In this document: positions 13,001 to 26,832 of the stretch, one piece after another | How positions within the stretch are numbered: the first letter of the stretch is position 1 | Layout: each line of letters begins with the position of its first letter | NCBI RefSeq assembly: GCF_037042905.1 | Contig: NC_087251.1 | Location: forward strand, 22,508,001-22,572,000 | Length of the DNA: 64,000 nt | Origin: Lytechinus pictus | Taxonomy: Eukaryota | Direction of reading: 5' to 3' | The notes under the pieces: model-generated | Seen by the model: the letters and a program-made list of their open reading frames with translations, nothing else | Databases searched by the model: none | What the model was told of the DNA's origin: nothing | Program-made: the position numbers and the translations under genes

Positions 13001-15480
13001 ACAATCAACAAGCGTGTCAAAAATGATTCTTGATCTCTCGTTTATAAAAGATGGGAAGATAGTTCCATGATGTTACCATGACGACGCATCCTTCAATCGT
13101 GGAGTAATCGCTGCGTATTTTTTGTTTTTGGAGGTAGGATAGGAAAGATGGGATGGCACTTGCCGGTATATCTGATTGATGTACCCATGTAATGGCTGAA
13201 AGCTTTTTCTCTGGTGGGGGTTCCCCCATTTCTTTCTGGTTTTCTTTTCTAACCAGATTACAGAAAAAAGTCGGTCACTTGATTCAAGTGCAATGCCGTT
13301 ATTCTGTTTGATTTTTTTTTTAGGGGCCGTGGGCGCTGTTTTGACGGTAAGATAATATATCGTCTATAACAATGGATGAACCTAGTTATATTAATCGTTT
13401 TTCAGTTGTTTGAGAATAGGACTAGGAATGAGATTTCTAAGGAAATCACATCATTACTTACGTACCAATATCATGTACGTCTACTCTATACCTTGCCTGT
13501 AATACCGTTTTTTTTTTCTGAAGAGGAATGATCAATATTGAAATTAACATTGAAATACTTATTTTGTCGACTTAAGATGTTTTACTTATATTATTTATAT
13601 ATTCACTTCTGTAGTCATAAGATGCCTGTTATCATGCGAGTATACATAAATTCAGTATTCATTCAGTTCGGCCTATTACATGCCAAGATAAGATTGGATC
13701 AGATTATATTCAGGAAAATGCAATTTGGTAGTTTGGTGTTAATAGGGTTACATTCAATTATTGAAAAGGGATTCGTCAGCAAGAAAGCAATGTAAACACA
13801 ACAAAATAATGGTTAAAATGCACTCTTCTCTATTTAGAACCGATGTTTCGAACCATGTATGGTATGGGGGAAATACCTGCATAATACTGACATTTTAACG
13901 ATGAAACGCTACCTCCTTGTGTTTGTAAATCCATTTAACAAATTAAGAGAAACAGCTTTCTACCATTGTAATATACCACTCGTCCAAGTAACTTCGAGTG
14001 TTTAGCAACCAGTTGCAGAAGAGTATTTACACGAGGGCTTAGGGTGTTGTATCCCAGGGTTCGCAGAACCATGCTAACTTCAGCACACCCGTCATAATTT
14101 ATCTCACATGTCACTCTCTAGCTGGGAGAATCAGCAATCATAAAATGATTGCTCAGATGAGCCATCCAATCAGTCAATGCATAATTTTTGTTCATGGTAG
14201 AGATGATGGCAGTATACCCGCGCACACCCGTGCACCCACACACACACGAACACAACCCCAATCTTTTACAACTCTGGTTTTGTACCATGGGTGCTGACAC
14301 CAGTGTATTCAGAACTGTCCAACCCTCCCAATTAAATTCCCTATACAGTGGGAAATAGAAATAGAAAATGGAGGAAAGAACGAATGATTTATAAGGAAAA
14401 AAAGGGGAGATATACATGAGAGAACTGTGCGAATCCACGCTTCCTCTGTGCTTGCGCTAATCCTACCGCACTCCCTTTTGCTGATTAAGCTCCCTTAAAA
14501 GACATGATCATTCGCTGATTTGATGTCTTTATTTCACATTTTTCATGTGATGGATGTTTAGCGCTGTCCCACGTATGAGATAAACACCTTTACTTTGTAA
14601 GGCAAAACTTGCCTGTTTGATAAATCCATCCCTCCTTTCATGTCGAATAGTTCACCTTTCCCTTCTTTCTAGTTCCCCTCCCAACTCTCTCTTGTTGTCT
14701 CGTTAGTATTCAGAAATGCTTTTAACATGATTGTCAATTTATAGACATATACCGCCGGCTATAGTAGTTAAGAAGTAAATTAAGTCTAGAAGACGAACGC
14801 ACACATACTCGTCTAAGACGACAAGGGGGGGGGGGAGAAGTAAATACAAAGTCCTCCTCAGGGCTCAGTATTCTAAAGCTTAGGATTATAAGCTGATTTT
14901 GGTTTGCTTGTTTAGAAGGAAGACAACGTCTCTAACTTTACTGATAAAGGCCAAAAAATAATAACAAACACTACGTATCGTACTTTTAATTATTTTTTTT
15001 TAAAGTAACTATATTGTAATACTTGTACATGCTAAATTTACCCCTCCCTTATTTATCCTTTTTTTTTATTTCATTGTTTCTCCATTATTGTTTCATATCA
15101 AATACTAATAGGCCAGGATGTTTGTGTATTTAGTTCAAGATTCTCCTATTTACATAAATTCCATGTAGTGCATTTATATCATAAGTTAGATATCACTGGA
15201 TGACTGACGATCCTGGCTCTATTTTATGAGACTAGTTTGTAATATATGCAGCCAATATGAGACCTTTCTCGTCTTCAATTTATCAACTTTGCATGATTTC
15301 CTCGTTATTTGCATATGACGTGTATAAGAAGTGGGGCAATTGTTTAGGGGTCGGTACTGACTCAACTGGGAGAGCCTGGAAAGATCTGCGAGTATTCAAA
15401 GAACTAGTTTTGGAGGGGAGGGATATTGTGCGTAGGTGTCTGTGGGTGCGTTTGATTGTGTTTTTGGATGGAAAATTGTT

Positions 15481-15509
<29 letters not shown>
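15481..15509. repeat. (AG)n microsatellite
   Basis: About 14 perfect AG units. Confidence 0.95.
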
Positions 15510-15512
<3 letters not shown>

Positions 15513-18500
15513 AGAGAGAGGTAGTTTAAAAAATGAAAGAAATTGAAGGAAACCAACGGGTAAAACGAGATGGTTAGTGGATACCAGATACATGTAGGCC
15601 TATAGTGGGAAAAAATACGCTTAACTCAATCAGTAAGAAAGGAATAAAATAAATCAAAGTGAAGTGAGAAAGAGAATATAACGAAACAGGATGAGATAAA
15701 TAAATCTCTAGCTCCGAACGATGGAGAAAGATGGAAATTGACAAAGGAAGTAAATTAAGAACGTCAATGCATGAACAGAACTTCCTAAATAACAAAATAT
15801 CCATATGTTTGTTTGAACTGGATTCTGGACGCCTCAGCTGGCGGTCTGGTTGCATTAATTTTTCAACATTCTCTTGCCCGCCAGATATATATGATTTCCC
15901 ATTATATACTTCGGGCTGTCAGCGTTCTGTTGCACGGTAGTTCTTTTTTCTTCGCATTTCTTTCCAGGACTTCTAAGAAAATATTGTTATTGCTATTGTC
16001 ATAGATTTCTCAATTTTCATGATTTTATAGTCCTATTGGCATGTGAGTGGAAAAACAGGATATACAATTAAATTATTTATTACTGATTTGAGATGTCGGC
16101 AATTACCATTCAATTTTGCTATTTTTATTAAGATGATAATAATTCAGCATAGAGTACCCCTTTAAGGGTTTGGATTCAGAGCTCTTTCATAGCCTTTTCA
16201 TGACCCTTTCCATAATTAATAACATTTCTCAGATAGTATGAGCCAAGTTAGAAAATGTTTAATGATGGGTTCTTTTTATTCACCCTCTCCTGAATATGAA
16301 TTAGCCCTTGCCTTACCAATCCAGCACTTGCCATTTTGTCTTTAATAGTTTTTAAACAATTTTTTCGCCGATCACCACGCAGCGTCTCGAAGTCGCCATG
16401 TTCAGCTGAAGATAGAGACCAATCATATTCATTGCCGTTTTAATGCTCCTAATAAACGACCATTCATCTTGATTACTGGTAATAGCCTTCATCGAGCCAT
16501 TAGCTCACGTGATATTCTTAAAATCAACCACGGCAGCTAAGAGGGGGAAAATGAATGGGATATTCCCGATGAACTTCTTTGACCATGTTGACGTTAAGTA
16601 TATCTTATCCAGATTGTTGTTTTCAATGAAACGAAAACCATTAAAGTAAGACGGTGGTATGATTCTCAAAATATCGACTCTTGCATATATTTTTAACAAA
16701 GGGTACAGAATAATGGGTGGCTGTCCGGCAAGTACCTCTCCCCTTCGTAGAAAAAAAAGAGTTACGCACAACTGGCAACACGTTCTTGTGTGAAATGACA
16801 TACCCTATAGTTCTCATATTCAGCTTATAAAATTTTAACAAATTATAAACTCAGAAGCTAGTATCTTAACATACAATGATCTAATTTCATCTATTAACTA
16901 AATTGACGACATCATCACTGTTTGGATATAATTAGCTAAAACACCAATCACGTTCATTTCGCCATTTGACGTTATTACTTCTGTCCTCCGCCATTTTCCC
17001 TCTTTTTTTTTCTTTGATGCGAGAGGGCTCTGATATAAAGACTGGGATTCTTTAGAATTAAATCTTCGTTTTAAATTTACTGATATGCCATGGACATGCA
17101 TACGCAAAAACTTAAATATAACTTTTGCAGTCATCACCAATAGGGGGCGCTATATATCATCAAATGTGAAATTAGAATTTTAACAATCAATATATGGATG
17201 AAAACAAAACTAGGAATAGTCGCCACACCTTTGTCAGGCTGGAAAATTCGATGATTTACATTACTGAGCATTTACCAAAGTTTAAAACAGGCCTTTAGTT
17301 TGCAGGATGGGTTCAATGATTGTCTTAAACCCTTCTTTGAACCTCGTGTCACAATATTACGGGATATCAAATAGTGTTGTAATCTCCATGTAAATCGTTT
17401 AATATGACCCTAGAGGTTATTAATAGAATCAAATTGTAGAACATTTTTTGCATGGGCAATGAACGATGAATGCCAAGTTGCAGTCATACCAATGAGGCTG
17501 ACTCCAATCGGATCGATAATAGCTTTTATCGGTATATCGGTTTTTCGGTGTCACACTGCTACCTACATTATCAAGGAATTTTGTTAGGAAAGAATTCTGA
17601 AAAAGAAAATCTAGAAGAGGAATTTTAAGCGAATAGTAGGCCGAGACGTACTTTCATGAAATTATTTCAAATGATGCAGTTAAATCTTTATCTAAACTTG
17701 ATTATAGGCTTATGGATTTAAGTTGAAAAAGGGATAACGATGTAAATACAGGGTCACGCAAGATGGCGACAGCCATATGTTATGACCAACCTCTTATTTA
17801 TACGTCGGTGAATAGCTCTTGGCGGGAAAAAAAACTTTGCAATGTGAAATACTTTCATCGGGTAGAATAAAAATATCTTGGACTAGATTGGAAAGGGGTG
17901 AAATATTCGACGGTCTTTTTGCCGGATCCAAGTAATATTTACAGTTGCATGTGCATGTTTATCTTAACGACATCTTTGGCCGTATTTTAGTGAGCCGACG
18001 TAAAACTAATCGTTTGTTTTTCCATTCCCGGATGGTGCTGCCGAGATTCTGTCGTTAATTCATCCGGGGTATCGTTAGGAAAATACTTCTTTCACATCTT
18101 CCATAGATCCTTCCTCTCGCTTTGTCATGTGCGGGTAGTAATATACGGTTATAAATCTTGTATGAAATTATAAAGAAGGTCCCAAAATATATAATTTCAA
18201 ATGATCTGGACATGTTATTCTAACTTTACAAACATTTTCATCCAGTAACTTCGTATCTTTGGGACATTAATTGGCAATCGGCTTCGTGAGCACTAAGAAA
18301 CACGAATACTCGATGAATTGCATGTATTATTTAATGTATATCATTGTACTAAAGAGTTTCAATACTTTTGAAAACCTATTCAGTTCCCCCCTCAAGCTAC
18401 TGAAGTCATTTTATTATATCATTTGAATATAATCAATAAGTTGAGTATTTTTACTGCACAAATGATTTACATTAACGTTGTCGTATTATATAGTCCATCA

Positions 18501-20035
18501 CCTTTTGAATTTTATACAAAAACCAATATTCTGGCTTTTAATTATATTTAAAGAATATTCATCCATTCTCGAAGTGTAAAACAAAAACCTGTTATTCAAG
18601 TACCCTCCGGTTTTCTATCATGATGTTAAGAGTTTATAATGCGACGGATGTCATTTCCAATAAACACTTGTGCATGGTTGGATTTGCTATACCAAATTTC
18701 ATTGAAATAGAAACAATCCGGGATTCTGTTCACTCGACAGCTCATGGTTTTATAACGGATTGTGGTATCTTGAAAAGAATAGGAAACGTTGTAACCACTG
18801 CTATTTTGACGATCCACCGTGTTAGGAGTAATCAAACCTCGTGAATCATGGCGGATACATTGGGAAAATGTGGCATTTTAACATTTTTGCAAATGATGTA
18901 TTAAAGAAATAAATAACGTTTTTTTTTTATAAACGGATATTTGAATGAAAGCTATCTCTATCAAAAAGTAAATTGGATTCATGGAAAGTTGCGGGTCTTT
19001 TGTTGTAATGTCTTGTGATATGATCATTTGGCAGAGAGAGAGAGAGGGGGAGGGGGAGGGGGGAGGGGGGAGGGAGAGAAAGAAGGGAGGGGAGAGGGGG
19101 TGTTAAAATGATAATTTCTTACAATAGACACGGTTTTTGTTAGACCATTGCTGGCAGATACTTAACCTATAATAAAAAAAATCTTATGACAAGGAGATAT
19201 ACGATGCTCTTGGCATCTTTTGTGGGGGGGGGGGGGGTAGTTTTAGCATTGCAAGACGGTGTCACAAGATTATTTTAGTTGTGTTTGAATTGATCTTTTC
19301 CACATGAAAGGATTGAGTGAAATACATACTTACAAAGCAGATACACAGAATATATTTGGTGTTATTTTCAGCAACAACTGCATCGTTTTGTGCTAGTTTT
19401 TTTGCGTTAATATTTTTTTCTTCTACATGACGTTCTCCTATTCATAGCTACATGTAATGTTACTCCTTAACTAAACATTAAACGTTGAACATATTTGGTG
19501 ATTTAGTCAGATATTAACAGTTGTGTGGGGTTTTTTCAGATTGTATAACTTACGTAATGTAATGGTAGTCCTGTCTCTCTCCAACGCATCTTTTATATAC
19601 CCTCCCTCCCCCAAAAAAAAAAAAATCGCTCAACCATTCGTGCTAAATCAAATAGAAGCTTTCCCTCGTTAGCAAGACCGATGAGATTTCATGCGGTAAA
19701 TGTGTTGCTGTTGATGAATGATTATTATGTAAATAAGAGATGGAATCGTTGTAGCGAATAATGAACCAGTGCAAAGACCCAACTATTCCCTAATTTGATA
19801 TTCCAAATATATATATTTCTTCATTGGAAACACGCAACATTTTGTTAGTGATAAATTCCTTTCTAAGACAACATTCTCAGTATGGAGGTATATGGGTGGA
19901 GACGAAATGTGGTTGAATTATCGTTTCCGTTTGTACATAATACGACGTTTCAATATTCATTCACACTTCACTCGGAAGTGTAATTGTAAGGTGTGCAGGG
20001 GGGGGGTGTGGAGCCGGGTTTTGTGCATTATGGCG

Positions 20036-20128
20036 AGATGCCGTAGCCTAGTGGTCTATGGCGCCTGACTGTGCCCCACGGAAGTCCTGTGTTCAAACCC
20101 CGACACGGCCCTTGACCAAAGGCAATTT
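20036..20128 (+). mobile_element. Degenerate tRNA-derived SINE head
   Basis: Pol III A box TAGCCTAGTGG (20044-20054) and B box GTTCAAACC (20091-20099), followed by CCCTTGACCAAAGGCAATT, which resembles the CCCTTGAGCAAGGCA motif of metazoan SINE bodies. The cloverleaf is not intact. Confidence 0.55.
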
Positions 20129-20554
20129 TATCAACATTGCTTTTTCTTGCAACAAATAAATCAAAATGCATTTAACAACTGGAAATATTATTCTTGGATA
20201 AGTATAGGTAGCATTCTCAAACCCATAGGTGATTGAATAGATAAACAACAAATTAAAATTACATTAAATTTGAAGGAAGGGGTTGGGGTGTGAAAAATGA
20301 GAAGTGTATACGCACTTCTAGTCACCTGTTGGTCTTTCCGTATAATGTTTACGAGAAAGAATCTTCTATTATTGTCAAATATTGGTTCCCAAGTATCATT
20401 TCCTACATCTAACACATGTATTTAAAAAAATCTGCCAGTTAAATGGGCAATTCCGCCTTCATCCGTATGTTTTGACATGTGCTAAATTAATGTACCAACA
20501 AATAGGGTGCTATAGCGGCCTTCTTTTATTATTTTTTTTTTATATAATGGAGCA

Positions 20555-20806
20555 CACTCTAAACAAATATTACGTAAAAATGCTCCATGAGGGTAATTAT
20601 GTGTCCAACCAACATTGGGCCTTTCTTTTTGGCATTTTTATTTATGCAGTGTGATGAAAATTTTGCCCATTCTAAAGTAATTGCTGCTTATTTTTTACCC
20701 GTACTGGACAATATCCTCCCGCATTGGGTAAAATGCTGCCCCAAATTGGTTGGACACATAAATACCCTCGTGATGGTTAAAATTTTACCCAATATTTTTT
20801 ACAATG
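20555..20806. mobile_element. EnSpm/CACTA-like MITE (degenerate)
   Basis: CACTCTAAA ... TTTACAATG ends; internal inverted repeat GAGGGTAATTATGTGTCCAACCAA / TTGGTTGGACACATAAATACCCTC. Confidence 0.6.
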
Positions 20807-23800
20807 CTGACAGTGGGAAAATGTGCTAGATTTGAATGAAAGGTATAATGTTGGAGAGTATTAAAAAGTCATTTTGAAAGTCAGAAGAGAAATTAAGCCA
20901 TTTGCCTTGAATTGCCACGCAGGAAACGAAACATCGTCATTGCCAAATTTGCGAGATTTAATGCCGTAGAAACATACCCATCTCTTGAAGGCCGAGGGCG
21001 TTGCTGAGTTAATAATACCCGTAGCCTAGGTATACCACTAAGGTTACATAAAGTATTTTCATGAAAAACCGTTTGTGAAGATTATTGCATTGAAGAAACT
21101 TGTATGAGATATAACTATCCGAGCACCATAAATAATCACTTAATAATCATGTAATCATCACGTCATTCTCCAGTGATAAATCTTGACATCGATTAGACCT
21201 GATCGAGATAGATCCCAGAGGTAGAATGCAGGTTGGAGGGCAACGGTTTGAAAACAAATCTTTCAAAGTTGAAAATAATGGGGGCTTATACATGAATCTC
21301 AGTAACTTATCCCTGTACATGTTTCTATTCATGACATCTTTTCGCACTCTGTCCATCATTTAAACATAATTTTGTAATAAAAAAAAAATCGCACAACACA
21401 ATTTACGGCTCCATCGTCGGGATATTGTGACAAAAAACTTCTGCTCATTTGGATATTGCAATTTTTCTTCAACGTTTTCGCCCTACAGCATTGCACATTT
21501 TCTACAATTTACTGTCCCCTTCATGGTCTCCATAATCCTGATGTCACACACACACACAAAAAAAAATTGTCTCAATTGACCCCTTGCCTTGCCAGCTACA
21601 GTCAGGACCACTGACAAAGATTCGCGTCTCATGTTGAATGATTAAAAAAAAAGTTTTATAGATTTAAATTATGGCAATAATATGAAAAATACAAGTCCAA
21701 GATTTGTATATGAATAATCATGACTACGTCAATAATGAAGCCCATATACAGTCTCTCCTTTTTGGTGCAACGTCATTAATCATTATCATGTGATCCATCA
21801 ACCAGGTCATGTGATAAACGAGCTAGTGTTAAATTATGGACTAAATCCATCATGGGAGCTCCCATTTCTGGTATTTGGCTCTTATTTTAGGGAACATGCA
21901 TGAATTATTCAGTCAGAAATCCCGTAAGAGCTCCGATATTAATAGAAAGACAATCCATCATCAGATCATACAGGTCTTGAGCAAAATTAGCTAACTAGAT
22001 TCTAATGTGAATAATATGTTATGACAAAAGGAGTCGTTCGAAGAGACCTACAAATTGCAAATGGTCGGGTGTTATTCTTCAATTTTTTTATAGTCATGAA
22101 CCCACCTCCATTTAAGTTGATCAAAATAACGCACTCGCCATAGACCTGCTTTATATTTACGAAGTTAACGCCACATTTCCCAATATGCCTAGGTATTGTG
22201 TTCAATCATTGCCAAATCTTTGAATTATAATTTTTGTTCAATCATTCTTTGTATTTATTTGGAGAACAAGTGCCATGTGGTCATTTTGTCGAGTTTTCGT
22301 CGAATATTTCATGTTAAATAACTTACAGTCGATAGGACCTACATGAGAGGGGTTTCCATGCGTGAAATATATTTGAAATATTTGAATATGTTTGAAATGT
22401 GTGATATATTGTACATAGACAAAACCGTTGTTCTCTTTGTCAATACTAAACAGCAGTTGTTTTCACTGCTCACGAAAGTGAGCATAAATTTTGCCAAGCC
22501 AATTTTTGTTATAATGTTATTTTCACATGGCCAGTATAGTCGGATTTACGTAAGCTTCACGCTGTAAAATTATTTTCTCCCAAGTCATCCAGTATTGCTT
22601 TAAAACATTGTGGAAATCGGGCATCTTGATCAAACATGACTTGTCAAAAAATAAAAATACAGCATTTGATTCCACGTCAACCTGTATGGTCACCACGAAC
22701 ATCGTCCATCTCAATTTCTCGTCCGCTACGTGAGTATGGGTCGAAACTTTTCTCACCTATAAACACTCGTAAAAGTGCAGTTCAGGTGTAAGTCTCAAAC
22801 CCACTCCAAAAATAGAGAGGATGTTAAAAACAGGAGCCAATTTGCCCCATCACACTCTCACCAAGAAATGAAAGACCGCATTCATTCGATCAGGTATTGA
22901 TTTCAATACGGAATGTATAATTTATGTATTTATTTCAGTCACCAACCCCCATCCTAGTTGTTCTTTGAAATACATTACATTTTCATACATTCACTGTTTG
23001 ACGAAGAAATGAATTTTGCAAATCTCATAGCTTTTAAGGGAGGGGGTTGAATCTAATTGATATTTTTTTCGGACTGGAACGAACTATTGCTATTTGATTT
23101 CTTTATACATTACAGTGATGGACCAGTCTGAAATGAGATGGGAAATCCAGACATAATGTATTTAGAACTTAGTCTTTCTCTCATTGTAAATCGGCCTGTG
23201 GATTGGTTCACAACCACCATTGATTGATTTCCAATCTACAGAATTTAAAGTGTCCATTATAGTTACACCATTGGCATCACTGTATTAAAGTTGGGATAAC
23301 GGAGTTGAATCAATTAGAAAAACACAACACATAAAAAAAAATGTACCAGTAATTATGATACTGGTATATATCCACAAGAACGTATATTTAAATGTGTTAG
23401 AGGAATATTCTTATGTTGAGGTTCTTCTGAAACTCGGGAAGTGTAAAAAAAGGAGCATTTGCATTCTTTTGTGTAATTAAAACGGCACAGGTAATATCAA
23501 GGTAAAAATCTCCTTTAAATCAATTATATTTACATTAGAGTGGGATGTTTCGGGCCACGTGAGATACCGAGTTGTTTTGATTTGAACAGATCAATGTTGT
23601 TTAATATCTTGCCCTGTATTTCGCTTTTGTGTAAATTGAAATAAACTGGCGACACTCATTGTTTGATGAATATCTACTTTGCTCTCACTAAACTTTGTTT
23701 TCACTTTGGATCAATCATACTCAATGCATTTTATTCCCATCAATTTGCCAGCCTCCGTTCAATTTGCTGCTCTGCTAACATTATGTAATGATTGTTTAAC

Positions 23801-24642
23801 TTTGATTCAATTAACAGTGTGTGTTCAGTTTCAGTGTAAATATGCAACTGGGAATTCATTTCCTTTACCTCCATGGACGTCACTCTTATTCAAAGAAATA
23901 CAACTGTGAAGGGGAGAAGTGAAATAAGGAAAGATGTAGGAGTCTATTCTAGTCAAAGGAACGCAAAAAAAAACAAAACCCTGAAGTAGTAACAGTGTTT
24001 TAACCTCAGATTTGTTTAGTATTGTGTTTCGATGGATGTTGCTTCAATTAGACAGGTAACTTTATTTGACCGTATATTCTCTTACTGAGGTTTATTCAAG
24101 AGAAATGAAAACCGATTAAACATTGAATCAGTATAAGGTTATGTTATGTAAAACAACTCACCCTGATTGTATTAAATAACTTATGTTGACTGCTTCACAC
24201 GTTGTTATTGCAACATTCATCCAAGATGTGATGTCCAAGTGCGTTTTACTTCGACTCGCGCTTTATTGTTAATTGTTTTTGCAATGCTGAAATCCGACAT
24301 CATTAACACATCCGCAAACAAGTTTGTTTTACAAATTTTAGCCAACCATCAAAACGTAATTAAGAATAGCGGAGACTTACTGCGTGTTGGTAGAAGTAAT
24401 CAACACGCCTCCAACATCTAGTATTAATTGTTTCATTCAATATTAGGCATCGAAATCAAGTGAAGGGGTTATGATTACTAGTAAGTCCTGTCAAGACAAA
24501 GAGAAGGGATTTAGTTGAATAGGATACGGGGGTACAGTGAAAATGAAAGGAGTGAACACGTTTTATACATGCGCATGGGTACAAGTGCAGGACACAGGGG
24601 GCACGTGCTCCCCCTCCCCACGATTGGATTAAAATTTGTATA

Positions 24643-25625
24643 CAGTGCGTATCAAAAAAAAGTTTACACTTTGAAAAAGCCCTGGGAATTAAAAAATATA
24701 CAACATATGGGTCATTTTTCCACATATATTCTTCGGTTTGGGTCTCATCTATCCCATGAAAGTAAAAATTTTGACAGAATGTTATACTTGAGTGAGCACT
24801 GTCCATTTTTGTAAAGCTCGCAGAAATCTGTTTGCGCAGAAATGCTCATTTTCACGCTGTGTCAAGGGGAAAGGGCGAAATTAAGCTTGCGAAACATTTC
24901 TCATACATTTCCCTTGCACTTATTGTCAATTAAAATAAAACGGATACATGCAAGCATTTTGTAACAATTTGCCACCAAAATCAAAATGTTAACACTTAGT
25001 AAGCACAACCTTTACCCTTTTTTGTGCCAGCTGGATCTGAGGACATAACTAAATTTAAACAAAAGCTTATATCAGACATCTCCAACATTTTTTCACTAAG
25101 TTTTTATCACTTAAAGTGGGTTTACATTTCATTTTTCATTTAATACTTGTTTCTCCACACTTTTCCCAAGCTTGACAATGATTAACAAAATGAAAATCAA
25201 GCCTAAGCCACTTCATGAAAATCACAGCTCTGTGCAAAGCAAATATTGTCACGATGGCCACAGTGTGTGGGGGAGTGGGGTGGGGCGCAATGGCACTCTT
25301 TGAAGTGTTTTGGGAAAGGAAACAAGTTAAAAAGGGTAAAAAATATCTTCAAATCAATTTTACTAGCTAAATTCCATGTGTTCTTCATGATTAAGGTCTA
25401 CTTTTATTCGCATAACTATTTCAAAGTTCTGCGCGAATCATTTTTCACTAACTTTTCAAAAGTAAGTGGTGCTCACTCAAGCAGAAATATTTTTTGACAG
25501 TTATATCGTCGTTTGCTTAAATTGATCTGTACTAATGTTTAAATGTGGAAAAATCTTCAGGATATTACAAGTGTATAATTTTACAGGACTTTTTCGAAGT
25601 GTAAACTTTTTTTTCATACGCACTC
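24643..25625 (+). mobile_element. Tc1/mariner-like non-autonomous element (~983 bp), copy 1
   Basis: TA | CAGTGCGTATCAAAAAAAAGTTTACACTTTGAAAA ... TTTTCGAAGTGTAAACTTTTTTTTCATACGCACTC | TA; no transposase ORF. Strand is arbitrary and shows orientation relative to copy 2. Confidence 0.88.
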
Positions 25626-26411
25626 TATAAAGAATACTCTGTAGTAAGATGCGCCTCTCGTGTGCCCATATTTTAGAAGTGGTTATAAAGTAAGTATTCC
25701 GAAGTGAATAATTGTTTTGTTTCTCATTTTCTTTACTTATCATTAGAGAAGAAGTGAAAAAGTGCTCGATTTAGGAATGATGATCTTTTTTAGTTTGTCC
25801 TTCCAAAAATGAATGTGCCCCACTCCCTCATTCTGAAATCCTGTGTGCTGTTTCAAAGTCGTTCGAAGTCACTCGCAACTGTAAACACGACTGGTGACAC
25901 GTACTAAAACATTGATGGGAGTTTATTACGTAAAAAGTGGTTAACAATTAAACATTGCGCGTTACAATCTTCAACTTTCTCATGATAAATCTGTAAGTAT
26001 ATCAAAATGTTGTATTAGTATCTTTTTGGAAATTATGTCTTAACCTTTCAATTAATTCTTTAATTGATCCATAAAAGTTTGTTAATATAAAATATATCGT
26101 AATTTCATATGAACTGGACACCTTTGAATTCCTCTCAGAACTCATCGTGCACTTTAACCAAGTTATATATCCTATGTATGCACCCCACTCTTGTGGTGTT
26201 TTGATGCAATCCGCTGGAATTTTACCCGTGTTAGGATCGGATAACGTACTCATTACCATCCTGAGGCTGATTGAGTAGTCAAATAACATTCTGACGATGG
26301 TCATTTGTAAGTATGATGATTTGTCGGTGCGTCATTCACCGGCTGAAAAATCATCCGGTTTAGAAATCGTGAATTACATCCAAAAAGGTTGTCTTTTTGT
26401 GTACGTAGAAA

Positions 26412-26832
26412 AGGTAAATTACCAATTCGTCTCTTGCGAACTCGTCCACTCACCACATGGTCTCCTTTCATATAGTTTTATGTCATTCCGTCCATCAACA
26501 TTTCGTCTAACAACAATATAGTCCAATAATAATTTGGTCCAATCATCACTTCGTATAATCACCATTTCGTATATGGCTATCTCTTTTCATAACCAGTTGG
26601 GATAATATCCATTTCATTTTCAGTCATTTTGCACAATTAACACTTAGTTCAATTATAGACCAAGTGGTATGGACTAAATGGCTATTGGGCCAACTGGTTA
26701 TTAGACAAAATGGTCAGTGTACGAATTGGCAATTAGACCATGTGGATAGTGAACGAGCTGATGGTAGACCAAATGATAGTAGACGAGTTGGCAATTTGAC
26801 GAATTGGCATTAGACGAATTGGAAATAAATCG
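26412..26832. mobile_element. MITE with (GACC/GACG)AA(A/T)TGG subrepeats arranged as inverted arms (family B, copy 1)
   Basis: Left arm CCAATTCGTC/CATTTCGTCTA units, right arm TAGACGAATTGG/TGGACCAA units; shares the core CATTTTGCACAATTAAC with 41766-42121; possible degenerate 6-bp TSD TAGAAA/TAGGAA. Confidence 0.75.

Noticed and set aside
17137..17153. CTCF-like motif CCAATAGGGGGCGCTA
   Set aside because: A single imperfect motif; such sequences are common in transposon remnants and cannot be supported from sequence alone.
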